Assembly (NCBI GenBank): GCA_021373255.1
Contig: JAJFTD010000199.1
Location: 611-64,610 of the forward strand
Reading direction: 5' to 3'
DNA: 64,000 nt
Source of the DNA: a bacterium
GTDB taxonomy: Bacteria; Armatimonadota; UBA5829
The notes under the pieces are model-generated. The model was not told where the DNA came from. It was given only the letters and a program-made list of their open reading frames with translations, and did no database searches. This document shows, in pieces, positions 18,278 to 28,068 of the stretch (position 1 is its first letter; the number at the start of each line of letters is the position of its first letter). The translations under genes were made by a program, and so were the position numbers.

Positions 18278-20993
18278 AGAAGTGGTTACGGCAGTCGAAG
18301 CGGCGCTCACGGCTATCACTGAGTCTGGACAGGTAGTCGAACTGCGAGTCCTCGACTACATGCGGCCAGGCTCAAGCTACCCCTGCACGATGTCGGGCTA
18401 CTTTGATGACTACCGGGCAATGGCCGAAGAGGCCGCTAAGCTCACGCCGCACGCTTCGGGAGTTTACTTCACCCCGAACCCCGTGAAGCCTGAACTGCTT
18501 GCCCGCGTCTGTAACAAGACGCGGGCTATGGGAAAGGGTGACAGCACAACTTCTGACAAGGATGTCATCCGGCGAAGGTGGTTCCTTATCGACTGTGACG
18601 CTGCACGAGTAAGCGGCATATCCGCAAGCGATGAAGAACACGCGGCGGCCATCAGCAGAGCTGAGACTATCCGGACGGCCTTGAGCGGGGAAGGATGGCC
18701 GGAACCGATACTTGCGGATTCGGGGAATGGCGGACACCTGATGTATCGCGTTGACATTCCGACAGATGATAAAGGGCTTGTGAAAGCGTGTCTTGAGGCT
18801 TTGGCGCAGCGTTTCAACAGCGACGGGGTACACGTGGACACCGCTGTGTTCAATCCCGCCCGAATCTGGAAGTTGCCCGGCACGCTTGCCCGCAAAGGCG
18901 AAGACATGCCCGGCAGACCCCATAGGTTAGCTAAGCTGTTGAACGTGCCCGAACCACTGGAAGTGGTTGCCGCTGGGCTGCTTCAAACACTTGCTGAGAC
19001 AGCCAATGCCGAAGTGCCTGCCATCGAGCATCCGATTGCCGGCGGGTTTGATCTTGTGTCTTGGATATCAAGCCATCTGGGCGCAGCTTCGCATAAGCGA
19101 ACAGCAGAGGGCGAAGTATGGACAATCGAGGTGTGCCCATTCAATCCAGAGCACCGCCGGGGTGAGGCGTTCATCATCCGCCGCGTCGATGGCACGATCG
19201 GCGCGGGCTGCAAGCACAACTCCTGCGAATGGGGGTGGCGAGAACTGCGGGAGAGATTCGAGCCAGGCTGCTATGATCGAGCACCGGAGATTTCCGCACG
19301 CACCGAAACGGAGTTCCGAAGACCAGACTTCCCTCAAAGCGACTTGGACAACGCGGAGTACTTCGTCACGCGGCACGGACGTAACGTGCGGTTCAACGTC
19401 GATACCGCGCAGTGGCACGTCTGGAATGAAGGGCTGTGGGACGTCGACGGCAAGGGCAACGTGAAGCGACTTGTGGCTGAGTCCGTGCGGTCGATGCACG
19501 CTCTTCTGCCCAACATTACCAACTTCAAGCAACGCGAGGCGCTCTTCCGCCACATCCATACATCGGAAAGCCGTTCCCGGCTTGAGGCTATTGAGAGCTT
19601 GGCACAGAGCAGGGATGGCATTCCTATCCAGAGCGCCGAGCTTAACTGTGACCCGATGCTTCTGAACGTCAGGAACGGCACAATCGACCTGAGAACAGGC
19701 GAGCTGAAACAGCATCAACGTGGTGACTTGATCTCGAAGCTCTGTCCTGTTGCGTATGATCGGGAAGCACAGTGTCCGAGGTGGATGCAGTTTCTTGAAG
19801 AAGTGTTTCAGGGCAACGCTGATCTGATCGGGTTTGCGAAGCGTTCAGTAGGCAACTGGCTTACGGGTGACTGCCGTGAGGAAACCGCTTGGGTGCTCTA
19901 TGGCAAGGCTCAGACCGGCAAGAGCAAGTTCCTCGCAGTGATACGCGCGATCCTTGGCGACTACGCGGCGACAGCGGCCATGACGACATTTATGGGATCG
20001 GGGGAACGCAATACGTATGATCTTGCCGACCTTGCAGGAAGGAGGTTCGTGACGGCATCAGAGGCGAGTGACAGCGAAACGTTCAACGAGCCGCTGCTAA
20101 AAGCGCTCACAGGCAGAGACGCTATAAAGTGCAGACCGATCTACGGCCGCCCGATGGAGTATCTGCCACAATTCAAGATCGTGTTCGCGACAAACGAGCT
20201 TCCACGCATCAAGTCTCAGGGCCTGGACATGCGGCGGCGGCTGAAGGTGATACCGTTCCGCCAGCGTTTCTATGACCCGGATGAAGGCAGACAGCCCGTC
20301 AAAGATGACCGATTGCTCGAAAAGCTCACCAAGGAACTGCCCGGGGTACTGCAGTGGGCGGTAGAAGGGTGCCTTGAATGGCAGCGTGAGGGCTTGGGCG
20401 TGCCTGCCTGCGTCAAAGCAGAGATCAAGTCCATATTCGAGCAGCAAGACCCACTTGCCGAGTTTCTTGAGGAGTGCTGCGTTATCGAGCCAGCCGCACT
20501 GGTAAGGACCTCTGACCTCTACCAAGCACTAGGAGAGTGGAGCGAATCGAAGGGCATTGAGCCGCCTTTCAAGAACACGCAGACGCTCAGCCGAAGCCTC
20601 ACCAAGCGCGACGAAATCGACTCGATCCGCGACTGGACGGGCCAGAGGGTGTTTCGAGGAATTGGTCTCTTGTCGCAATTGACGCAACATGGCAATTCCT
20701 GCAAACCCTCTCACGAGGGGGATTCTTGCGAGGGGGTCTGCGCAAACAGCCCAGATGCGTCAATTGCGTCAGACGACGAGAATACCGATGCACTTGTCTA
20801 CGCTTGCGGAGCGTGCAAAGCACAGGTTTGGCTCACCGACTACAAGCCCCAAGTCTACACTTACTCATGCGAGTCGTGTGGTCATGATGGTATAGTGACT
20901 CACTGTGACTACCGGTTTTGGCTAGGTCATCGAAGTGCTGATACGGCAACAGCAGGTGTACAGCAACAAAGCGGGGAATTGCGCGGGAGGTAA
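18264..20993 (+). CDS. bifunctional primase-polymerase fused to a D5/P4-type SF3 helicase, with a C-terminal zinc ribbon
   Basis: The Prim-Pol-like motif is 'SGNGGHLMYRVDIP'. Walker A of the SF3 helicase is 'GKAQTGKSKF'. The C-terminal zinc ribbon is 'CGACKAQVW...CESCGHDG'. Confidence 0.75.
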   Translation: MSINREVVTAVEAALTAITESGQVVELRVLDYMRPGSSYPCTMSGYFDDYRAMAEEAAKLTPHASGVYFTPNPVKPELLARVCNKTRAMGKGDSTTSDKDVIRRRWFLIDCDAARVSGISASDEEHAAAISRAETIRTALSGEGWPEPILADSGNGGHLMYRVDIPTDDKGLVKACLEALAQRFNSDGVHVDTAVFNPARIWKLPGTLARKGEDMPGRPHRLAKLLNVPEPLEVVAAGLLQTLAETANAEVPAIEHPIAGGFDLVSWISSHLGAASHKRTAEGEVWTIEVCPFNPEHRRGEAFIIRRVDGTIGAGCKHNSCEWGWRELRERFEPGCYDRAPEISARTETEFRRPDFPQSDLDNAEYFVTRHGRNVRFNVDTAQWHVWNEGLWDVDGKGNVKRLVAESVRSMHALLPNITNFKQREALFRHIHTSESRSRLEAIESLAQSRDGIPIQSAELNCDPMLLNVRNGTIDLRTGELKQHQRGDLISKLCPVAYDREAQCPRWMQFLEEVFQGNADLIGFAKRSVGNWLTGDCREETAWVLYGKAQTGKSKFLAVIRAILGDYAATAAMTTFMGSGERNTYDLADLAGRRFVTASEASDSETFNEPLLKALTGRDAIKCRPIYGRPMEYLPQFKIVFATNELPRIKSQGLDMRRRLKVIPFRQRFYDPDEGRQPVKDDRLLEKLTKELPGVLQWAVEGCLEWQREGLGVPACVKAEIKSIFEQQDPLAEFLEECCVIEPAALVRTSDLYQALGEWSESKGIEPPFKNTQTLSRSLTKRDEIDSIRDWTGQRVFRGIGLLSQLTQHGNSCKPSHEGDSCEGVCANSPDASIASDDENTDALVYACGACKAQVWLTDYKPQVYTYSCESCGHDGIVTHCDYRFWLGHRSADTATAGVQQQSGELRGR

Positions 20994-21002
20994 CACAACG
21001 CG

Positions 21003-21341
21003 ATGGGCTGGGAAGCTAGACAACGCGGCGGCCGATACTACACACGGTCCAAGAAAGTCGGCGGGCGGGTAGTGCGGGAATACGTGGGAACCGGCATGGC
21101 GGCAGAACTTGCAGCCGAACTTGACACGCTTGAACGGCAGGAACGCGAGCGTGCGCATGCGGCTGTTAAGTCCGAGCGAGACACCGACAAGACACTGGAA
21201 GCGGCCCTACACGATTACTACAAGATCGTTGATGCAATAACGGAGGAGGCCCTGCTTGCAGCAGGGTACCACAAGCACAAAGGACAATGGAGGCGCAGAC
21301 GTGGCAAGAAAGAAGACGATAACCGACCTGGCAAAGCTTGA
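21003..21341 (+). CDS. hypothetical small basic protein
   Basis: ORF only. Confidence 0.3.
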   Translation: MGWEARQRGGRYYTRSKKVGGRVVREYVGTGMAAELAAELDTLERQERERAHAAVKSERDTDKTLEAALHDYYKIVDAITEEALLAAGYHKHKGQWRRRRGKKEDDNRPGKA

Positions 21342-21387
21342 TGATCTTCATCTGTTGAGAGAGGCAGACGGAGGTAGCCAGGAAGCC

Positions 21388-21864
21388 ATGACGTTGTTGC
21401 AGCAGCATTATGACGCCAATCCGGGCGCCTTTCCATGCGCCGACATGCCAAAGACTGTGGCTGGAGCACGCATGGTACAAGCGGGGCTTCCCGCCGGGAC
21501 TAGACTCGCGCTGCAACACACGAGTGACAGACTCCTCGAAGATGTAGCAGGAAAGAACCCCACCCCGCTTGAAAAACTACTCGCCGAACGCATAGTAGCT
21601 TGCTGGCTTGACGTCCAAATCCTTGAGGTACGCTGGGCATCTGCTCAAGAAGTAACGTGCCAAAAAAGTGAATACTTCTCTCGCATGCTTGACCGTGCTC
21701 ATAGCCGCTATTTATCAGCCATAAAGGTTCTGGCACAGGTGCGAAGACTCAACGCGCCGTTGATACAACTCAACGTAGCCGACAAGCAGATCAACGTGCT
21801 CTCTGGCACAGATATGGGCAATGAAGTGGCCGACGCTCAATGTGCGAGCGGGGACGGCGCATAA
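21388..21864 (+). CDS. hypothetical protein
   Basis: The ORF has an RBS 'GGAGG' before the ATG at 21388. The longer ORF call from 21256 overlaps the upstream gene. Confidence 0.35.
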   Translation: MTLLQQHYDANPGAFPCADMPKTVAGARMVQAGLPAGTRLALQHTSDRLLEDVAGKNPTPLEKLLAERIVACWLDVQILEVRWASAQEVTCQKSEYFSRMLDRAHSRYLSAIKVLAQVRRLNAPLIQLNVADKQINVLSGTDMGNEVADAQCASGDGA

Positions 21865-21999
21865 ACTGAACTCCATTGTGCTTCGGATGAATTCTTCAAG
21901 AATCTCCTCCAGATTAGTTGACGCGTTGTCAACTATGGAGTATATTGACATGTAGGCAAGGGTCGGATGAGAGGCCTGCTGTTTGGAACGGAGGAGACC

Positions 22000-22206
22000 A
22001 TGACTGTCACACTGTCAGAAGCTGCAGAAGCGAAGCATATCAGCCGCAATGCTGTCTGGAAGGCGATAAGGCGCGGTGAGCTCACCGCCCGTAAGTCATC
22101 GGGAGGTGTGTGGCTGGTCGAAGAGGACCAGCAGTGGCAGGACTATAGACCCCGCAACTACGTGGGCAAGCGCGGGGAATCGGCATCCCGCGTTGAGGAG
22201 GAGTAA
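22000..22206 (+). CDS. HTH_17/excisionase-family DNA-binding protein, a likely recombination directionality factor
   Basis: The sequence 'MTVTLSEAAEAKHISRNAVWKAIRRGEL' is a helix-turn-helix. It sits directly upstream of the recombinase. An RBS 'GGAGGA' is present. Confidence 0.55.
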   Translation: MTVTLSEAAEAKHISRNAVWKAIRRGELTARKSSGGVWLVEEDQQWQDYRPRNYVGKRGESASRVEEE

Positions 22207-22208
22207 GC

Positions 22209-23906
22209 ATGGCACTACTTGATCTTGTCAACAACTCTGATGTCAGGTCGGCGGAGACAAAGGCACAGCAGAAAGCCCTCGCTTACATCCGCGTTTCGCA
22301 CGAAGATTCGGCTGACAGGGGAGCCAGTCTTGAGACCCAGCGGCGCGACATCGAGTGCTACGCCGCACGTGAAGGTATTGAGGTTGTCGAATGGTTCGAG
22401 GAGCCCGGCAAGTCAGCATTCAAAGACTCAGCAAAACGCCCGGAGTTCCAGCGAGTCATCAGAAATGCCAAGGAGTGTTCCTCTATCTCAATTATCCTCG
22501 TCTGGAAATCCGATAGGTTCAGCCGCGACCGGTATCTGGCTAGTGCGGTAAAGGGCGAACTCCAGAAAGCAGGGGTCCGAGTGCTGTCCGTTACCGAGCC
22601 TTACGATTCGAGAACCACGTCTGGTATCGTGATGGAATCCGTAACCGACGCAATCAACCAAGTGCGGTCTATGGAGATTGGCTTGGTCACGCACCGAAGC
22701 CTTCTGGTAAATTGCGAAATGCGCGACCCGGCAACTGGCTGGGCATACAAGAACGGTGGAATGGCGCAGTTTGGATACCGCAACCTGCGCGTATATGCGG
22801 ACGTAGATCGGAAGTATCAACGTATCAGTCATTGCGTCTGGGAGCTTGACGATGAGATAGTTGCTGGCAAGCCCATACACGAGTGGGCTCGCGTAGTCTT
22901 GCTTGATTGGCGGCTCGGAGAAAAGGCCGGGCCGGACGTCATCGCCAAGCGACTAACACAGGCGGGCGTGCCCACACCGCGCGGTCGAAAGGCCTGGTCT
23001 GACAGCAGCGTCAACTACCTTCTGATGCCGGATAAGCTTCTTCAGTATGCCGGCGTTGGAATATGGAACAGGCGAGACTTTCGCACTGGCGGCAAGTCGT
23101 GGAAGGACAAAGAAGACTGGAAGGTCGTGGAGAATGCCCATCCCGCAATTATCACGATGGAGCAAGCGGAAGCGATACACGCCATCCGTGAGCAGCGCAC
23201 ATGCCGGCCTGGCAAGCGGGGCAAGAAGCCCTCACCATTCGTTCTATCGGGTGGTCTGTTGGTCTGCTCGCATTGCGGTGCGAACTACGCCGGAAGAAAC
23301 AAGCACTCCGTGGACTACTACGTATGCGGTGCTCAAATCTACCGAGACGGAGCCGACTGCGACACTCCCTGGTATATCAGACGTGAAGATGCTGAAAATG
23401 CCGCCTTTGATTGCATACAGAAGGTGCTATCATCCAGCTCAAAGCACACCCTAAGAGCGGTGAACGCATATAACAAGTGGGTGGACTCTCAACTGTCCCT
23501 CTACGGTTCGACCGAAAACGCCAGGCGCACTGAGATCAAGCGTCTGCGGTCGGAGGTCGACAACCTTATGCAATCACTTGCCGCAGGCATAGACCCCAGC
23601 ACAATCAGTGCGGCCATCAATGAGCGCGCGCAGCACATTCAGAAGCTTGAAGCTCTTGGCGACGTGGAACTACCTCAGAAGATCACGACGAAGGAACTGG
23701 ATGCTCAAGCAGCAGAAGTGCGACAGATCGCGGAGAACTGCCCGCCTGATAAGAAGAGGCTGATTCTCAGGAAGTATATTGACTCAATGCGGGTAGTAGC
23801 AGAAGAGCGGACCATCAAAGTGATGATCCGCCCTCTACCCACGATTTGTGGTCATTGGTTGGTAGCCCCGAAGGGATTCGTTGGCCTGACCAAACGTTCA
23901 GATTGA
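22209..23906 (+). CDS. large serine recombinase (integrase), full length
   Basis: Catalytic motif 'YIRVSHEDS...R', followed by a recombinase domain and the zinc ribbon 'CSHCGANY...YYVCG'. The last 15 codons overlap the right copy of the direct repeat. Confidence 0.85.
   Translation: MALLDLVNNSDVRSAETKAQQKALAYIRVSHEDSADRGASLETQRRDIECYAAREGIEVVEWFEEPGKSAFKDSAKRPEFQRVIRNAKECSSISIILVWKSDRFSRDRYLASAVKGELQKAGVRVLSVTEPYDSRTTSGIVMESVTDAINQVRSMEIGLVTHRSLLVNCEMRDPATGWAYKNGGMAQFGYRNLRVYADVDRKYQRISHCVWELDDEIVAGKPIHEWARVVLLDWRLGEKAGPDVIAKRLTQAGVPTPRGRKAWSDSSVNYLLMPDKLLQYAGVGIWNRRDFRTGGKSWKDKEDWKVVENAHPAIITMEQAEAIHAIREQRTCRPGKRGKKPSPFVLSGGLLVCSHCGANYAGRNKHSVDYYVCGAQIYRDGADCDTPWYIRREDAENAAFDCIQKVLSSSSKHTLRAVNAYNKWVDSQLSLYGSTENARRTEIKRLRSEVDNLMQSLAAGIDPSTISAAINERAQHIQKLEALGDVELPQKITTKELDAQAAEVRQIAENCPPDKKRLILRKYIDSMRVVAEERTIKVMIRPLPTICGHWLVAPKGFVGLTKRSD
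23860..23880. repeat. 21-bp direct repeat TGGTAGCCCCGAAGGGATTCG, right copy, putative attR core
   Basis: It is an exact match to 4541-4561. Here it is translated in a different frame ('VAPKGFV' against 'GSPEGIR'). Confidence 0.7.
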
Positions 23907-23947
23907 GCTGGCGGAACAGGGTATTTGAGCGTGAATTGATCGAGGCG
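23902..23947. repeat. flank sequence immediately right of attR, copy 1
   Basis: It matches 27909-27960 with an 8-nt indel. Read in the frame of the truncated recombinase after the core, it encodes '...WRNRVFERELIEA*'. Confidence 0.55.
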
Positions 23948-24253
23948 TGAACCACAACCGATGAGTTATGCGGCAGCGGATACTCGTCAATTGGCCGTGC
24001 AGTCTGCTCATCGCCCAACCCACTGATGAGCCGATAGTCCCACGATATACCCGAAGTAACATGCTAGAGGCTGGCCAGTATATCCCATGCGCAGTGTCTG
24101 GAACAGCTTGCTTATGCTGTGCCATTCGTGGAAGGCACAACACTGCTTATCCGACTCCAGGAGTGTAGCGGAAGACCAGCTAAGTGCAGTTCTGCCCGAA
24201 AACGAGAGCCGCGTCTTGTTCGGCGGAGACGCAGCGGCGAGGCATCAGTTGGC

Positions 24254-25546
24254 TCAGCGCAGTTGGCCCAGCCACCACTGGCGGCTTCTACGTATGTGCA
24301 GCGACTGGTTCTTCCGCGCGGCGATACTTGGATATGCAATGCGCAGGAATTGCAGAGTATAGTCTATGACTGTAATATCGTCTGATACAGACAGTGTGTG
24401 TGCGGCTAATTCGCAATAGTGTGGCTCAAAGTGTCCCCGCGTACGCAGCCAGTATAGATCCACAGCCTGCAGAGTTTCAGACGCTTCCAGAATAGTGGCC
24501 GCATTGCCGGAATCAAGCTGCTGCAACCTCTGGCCCCAGCCCGATCCCACAATGAACAGCTCTTCCGAAGGTGTCATAGACGGCTTTGCAGCCAGTTCGT
24601 CGAGCCTTTGCCATAGTGGGTTCTGATCTCGTTTGGTGCACAAGGCGACCCATATGCGGTGACCGACAGACTGGCACCCAAGCCATGGTTGCCAGCGCCC
24701 GTTCGGTAGATCGACCACAAGCTCACCACCGGCAGTACTTGCTTCAATATTGGCGGTGCCAGCCAGCGCAGCTATCCCCAAAAGCTCCGCATTGTCTTCT
24801 GTGAAGATGTCCACGCAGTGGACATAGGCTATCTGAAGGTTAGGGATTTCCTCCGTATCCGATGTGAACTGAGCAAACTCGCCTTCGGTAACATATCCGC
24901 AAGCGCCATAGCCCGTTGGTCTTTGAATGTAGAAGTCCTCATCGTCGGGACGGGAAATGCGTAGCAGGTCCGGTGCGGCTTGGGGTGACTTCCTGCCATT
25001 AACCACGGCGACGATATAGACGTCTATGGTCTCACCACTGATGCCGTCGGTTGCCGCAGTCAAGGCTTGCACGATGCGTCGGACCGCGTTGCCTACCCCT
25101 GTCGTGTCAATGCACAGTACCTTGAGCTTATCCTCCGCTTTCGCATTGGCCGCTAGCAGCGCTTCCATCTCGGAGACTGCATAATCAAAGCAAGTAGCAC
25201 CGTGTAGCTTCTGAGGCCAGTTCAGGCCAGGAAGCATGTGGAACACATTCTCAAAGGCCCGAGTGTGCAGTCTGCCAGGCAGATATTGTATGGTCGGGAG
25301 TGCGATGGCTAAGCCCCCACTTGCGAAGAAGAAAACCAAATCTGGCTGCACTGCTGCTATATGGTCAGCCACTCCACTCACGACCGAATAAAGACTGTCG
25401 AACGATGAGTAAGGAATGTGGTATATGTTGCTCAGAGCATTATCAATCTCTTCAGATAATACTGCTGCAAGTTCGTTTTCGGAAGGATGAGCTGTATAAC
25501 TCTGGATTCTTCTGAATACGCGCTCGCCACCGCACATGGTCAGCAC
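24254..25546 (-). CDS. hypothetical protein of 430 aa, with a possible PRTase-like signature
   Basis: The motifs 'LKVLCIDTTGVGNAV' and 'LVFFFASGGLAI' are reminiscent of phosphoribosyltransferase motifs. This is a weak call. Confidence 0.45.
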   Translation of the reverse strand: MLTMCGGERVFRRIQSYTAHPSENELAAVLSEEIDNALSNIYHIPYSSFDSLYSVVSGVADHIAAVQPDLVFFFASGGLAIALPTIQYLPGRLHTRAFENVFHMLPGLNWPQKLHGATCFDYAVSEMEALLAANAKAEDKLKVLCIDTTGVGNAVRRIVQALTAATDGISGETIDVYIVAVVNGRKSPQAAPDLLRISRPDDEDFYIQRPTGYGACGYVTEGEFAQFTSDTEEIPNLQIAYVHCVDIFTEDNAELLGIAALAGTANIEASTAGGELVVDLPNGRWQPWLGCQSVGHRIWVALCTKRDQNPLWQRLDELAAKPSMTPSEELFIVGSGWGQRLQQLDSGNAATILEASETLQAVDLYWLRTRGHFEPHYCELAAHTLSVSDDITVIDYTLQFLRIAYPSIAARKNQSLHIRRSRQWWLGQLR

Positions 25547-26215
25547 CTCCTACGATGATGTGAAAACTGTTGTGATACGACTGATAGCTAGGCAGGCATT
25601 ATGTTAGCATGCCGGTGTTGTCGCCAGGTGACTCCTTTTCGACAAGCGAAATGCCAGACAGCTGCTGACACACATCCCCTGTTGCAGGCTGAACCTTGCA
25701 CTCCAATTCGCGTGCTGCTCTTCAGACTGCCCCTTTAGCATTCCTGCTGGCCTTTCAAGTAAAAGCTCAGTCATCGGCGCTCTTACCTGCAACGGGATTG
25801 GGAGCAACTACATCGGTGAGAAGAAGAAAGCTACGACTTGGAGAGTCTGCGCGTTTTGCGCTGCACTTGTCGCATGATTCATTCACCCGTTCGTTGCTGC
25901 AGGCAGGCCTATAGCCGGACTTACCGGTCTTCGGGCTCTCCCAGCGGCGGGCATACACGTCGTCACGCCCTCGTAAGAGACTGCGGATGAGCGATCTTCT
26001 CTTCTGGAGGCGAGCCGTTCGTCATAGGCGCATCGGCAAATGATGGTGCCGAACATGCTGACTCTCTCTCTCCCGCGCGGCTTGATCCTGGAGTTTGCTC
26101 AGCTCCCGAGTTAATTCAGCACGCTCTGCATCGAGCACTTTCAGTCGCTGTTCAATCTCAATTATTCTGCTTTCGATGTCAAATATCCGGCTGTTCATGC
26201 TTGGCCAAATCCGCG

Positions 26216-27184
26216 TTAGTGAGCCTTTTCACTGTGCCACGGTCCCGGGGCGATCCAGTTTGAGGCAAAAGCTTCACCGGAACATAATGCGACTACTACT
26301 GGGGCAAGAAAGTCTCTCACTGCCGATGTGATCTCGCTAAATTCCACCGGTAAATCTTCTACCTGAAGTCGTTTTCGAAAAGCCACCCATTGTACCTGTT
26401 TCTCGGATGTGAAATCCTCGGAAAACGCCACAATCTCGGCAGGCAGATCCGTATTTCGGTTGCTGAATGTCTGCCTGATAGCTTCGGAAAGCACTGCACC
26501 ATCAAAATCGAACTGGCGAGACAGCAGCCAGATATCGTGGAAATCCTTCATCCGGCTGTTTAACTCACGCAATTTTACCATCGCCTCGAACTTCTCCGCA
26601 ATTGCACTCTCGCGACTATAGCACAGCAATCGCGGCGCCGGAAAATCCAGAATTGTTGGCAGTTCAAATATCTCTGGCTCCGGATGCACAACATCTCCAA
26701 ATCCGATATCGATTTGCATATTGACTCTAGCCGAATCCAGCAGTCCTTGAAAGCGAACTCGTATTCCTTTATAATCTGCCTCTTCCGTGATCTGCTCAGT
26801 CTGGATTGTCTGAAGATCAAAGATGAGCCCGCCCGGCTCGATATCTACTTGCAGCGCATCTCGGAACTGAGCAACGATATCTGACTCACTGTTGCTTGTT
26901 CTGCCCAACATGTCGATATCCATTGTTGGGCGGGTTTCGGGAGAGTTCCAGACGCGCAACAGCAGAGCACCCTTTAGGACGAACCTGCTCGCATGCTTTG
27001 ATTGTGATAAGCGATACAAAAAGCGCTCCATCGCGTAATACTGCAGCAGTTCAGCGAATGGTCGCTTATCAGCCTTGGCTTTATTGAGAAGGCGCTGCCG
27101 GATTGAAGCAGGAAGATTCTTGATAGATCTGGTATTCACAGCATCGCCTCGATATAAGGCCTCATAACGTTTTCGACCCTGCAT
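26216..27184 (-). CDS. AbiEii-type nucleotidyltransferase toxin (DUF1814 family)
   Basis: The hallmark 'LKGALLL...TMDIDM' is present. The gene overlaps the upstream AbiEi-like gene. Confidence 0.7.
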   Translation of the reverse strand: MQGRKRYEALYRGDAVNTRSIKNLPASIRQRLLNKAKADKRPFAELLQYYAMERFLYRLSQSKHASRFVLKGALLLRVWNSPETRPTMDIDMLGRTSNSESDIVAQFRDALQVDIEPGGLIFDLQTIQTEQITEEADYKGIRVRFQGLLDSARVNMQIDIGFGDVVHPEPEIFELPTILDFPAPRLLCYSRESAIAEKFEAMVKLRELNSRMKDFHDIWLLSRQFDFDGAVLSEAIRQTFSNRNTDLPAEIVAFSEDFTSEKQVQWVAFRKRLQVEDLPVEFSEITSAVRDFLAPVVVALCSGEAFASNWIAPGPWHSEKAH

Positions 27185-27756
27185 ATTTTGGCATACTTCA
27201 GCAGCTCGCCGACACTGAATGGTTTCCTTGCCCTATAAAGTCTAAGCGCCTCCAAAACAACATCCATACCGAGCTTGTTTCTGAACCTGAAACAATCCGC
27301 CAGCGTTTTCTCCGGACTGTATACCCTCACCCCAACGTCATCCACTGTATGCTCCTGAATCCCCTGAGTGAGGGCATCGCCAGAGAAGCGATGAACAGTG
27401 ATAGGCGGATAGTCCAGCCGTGGCGTCTCAGCACCTTTTTCGAGTGCTATGGAGATGGTGTGAGGAATCTGCATTGTAATATCGTGGAAAGCCAGAGCAG
27501 AAACAAGGCAGATAACCGCCCTGGGAATGCGAGATGCTACAGTCACAATATCAATGTTGGATACTGGCTGCTGATCTGTCAGCCGATATACACCGCGCGA
27601 TATCTGAACTAGTTCTCCAGCATCACGAAGTTCGTACAGGGTGCGCGGGTGGACACCCGCCTGAATGGCTTCAGCAGTCCGGATAACCCCGCTTTTCTCT
27701 CTTATCAGACGTTTCGCATCTTCTCTTGCGGAAGCGGTTGGGCCACGTTTTCTCAT
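27136..27756 (-). CDS. AbiEi-family antitoxin or transcriptional regulator
   Basis: The N-terminal region 'GVIRTAEAIQAGVHPRTLYELRDAGELVQISRGVYRL' is characteristic of AbiEi. Confidence 0.7.
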   Translation of the reverse strand: MRKRGPTASAREDAKRLIREKSGVIRTAEAIQAGVHPRTLYELRDAGELVQISRGVYRLTDQQPVSNIDIVTVASRIPRAVICLVSALAFHDITMQIPHTISIALEKGAETPRLDYPPITVHRFSGDALTQGIQEHTVDDVGVRVYSPEKTLADCFRFRNKLGMDVVLEALRLYRARKPFSVGELLKYAKICRVENVMRPYIEAML

Positions 27757-27908
27757 GGATAGAATTACCTACGTTTATTGTTGACTATAGGTATTATTAT
27801 CCATGTAGCAAGAAAAAGCAAGTGCCTTCTTTCTAGTTGCCAGCATAGTTGCTATGGATACCCTGGTAGATACGAGTCCTCGGTTCCACGTTTCATATAT
27901 TGCCCTGT

Positions 27909-27960
27909 ATTGAGCTCAAAACTTGGCAAAACAGGGCATTTGAGCGTGAATTAGTAGAGG
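27909..27960. repeat. diverged second copy of the attR right flank, a scar of the 3' end of a third recombinase
   Basis: It encodes '...TWQNRAFERELVEV*', which is conserved at the protein level with copy 1. The upstream recombinase body is absent: there is an in-frame stop at about 27867. Confidence 0.5.
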
Positions 27961-28068
27961 TCTGAGGGGTCGTGTATAGCTTACTAATCATCTTCTGTCG
28001 ATGCATGCACTACGCGATAAGAAAATACTACTCGAGTAGTTGGTAACAGGTACCTGAGATACAGCGTT

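Larger units (their letters stand above)
4541..23880 (+). mobile_element. integrative element of about 19.3 kb (genomic-island or satellite-like) carrying a serine recombinase, an excisionase-like gene, a primase-helicase and defence cargo
   Basis: It is bounded by 21-bp perfect direct repeats. It contains a full-length large serine recombinase with an HTH RDF-like gene immediately upstream, a primase-polymerase/SF3 helicase, a type I RM system, a Septu-like pair and nuclease-like genes. Confidence 0.5.
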
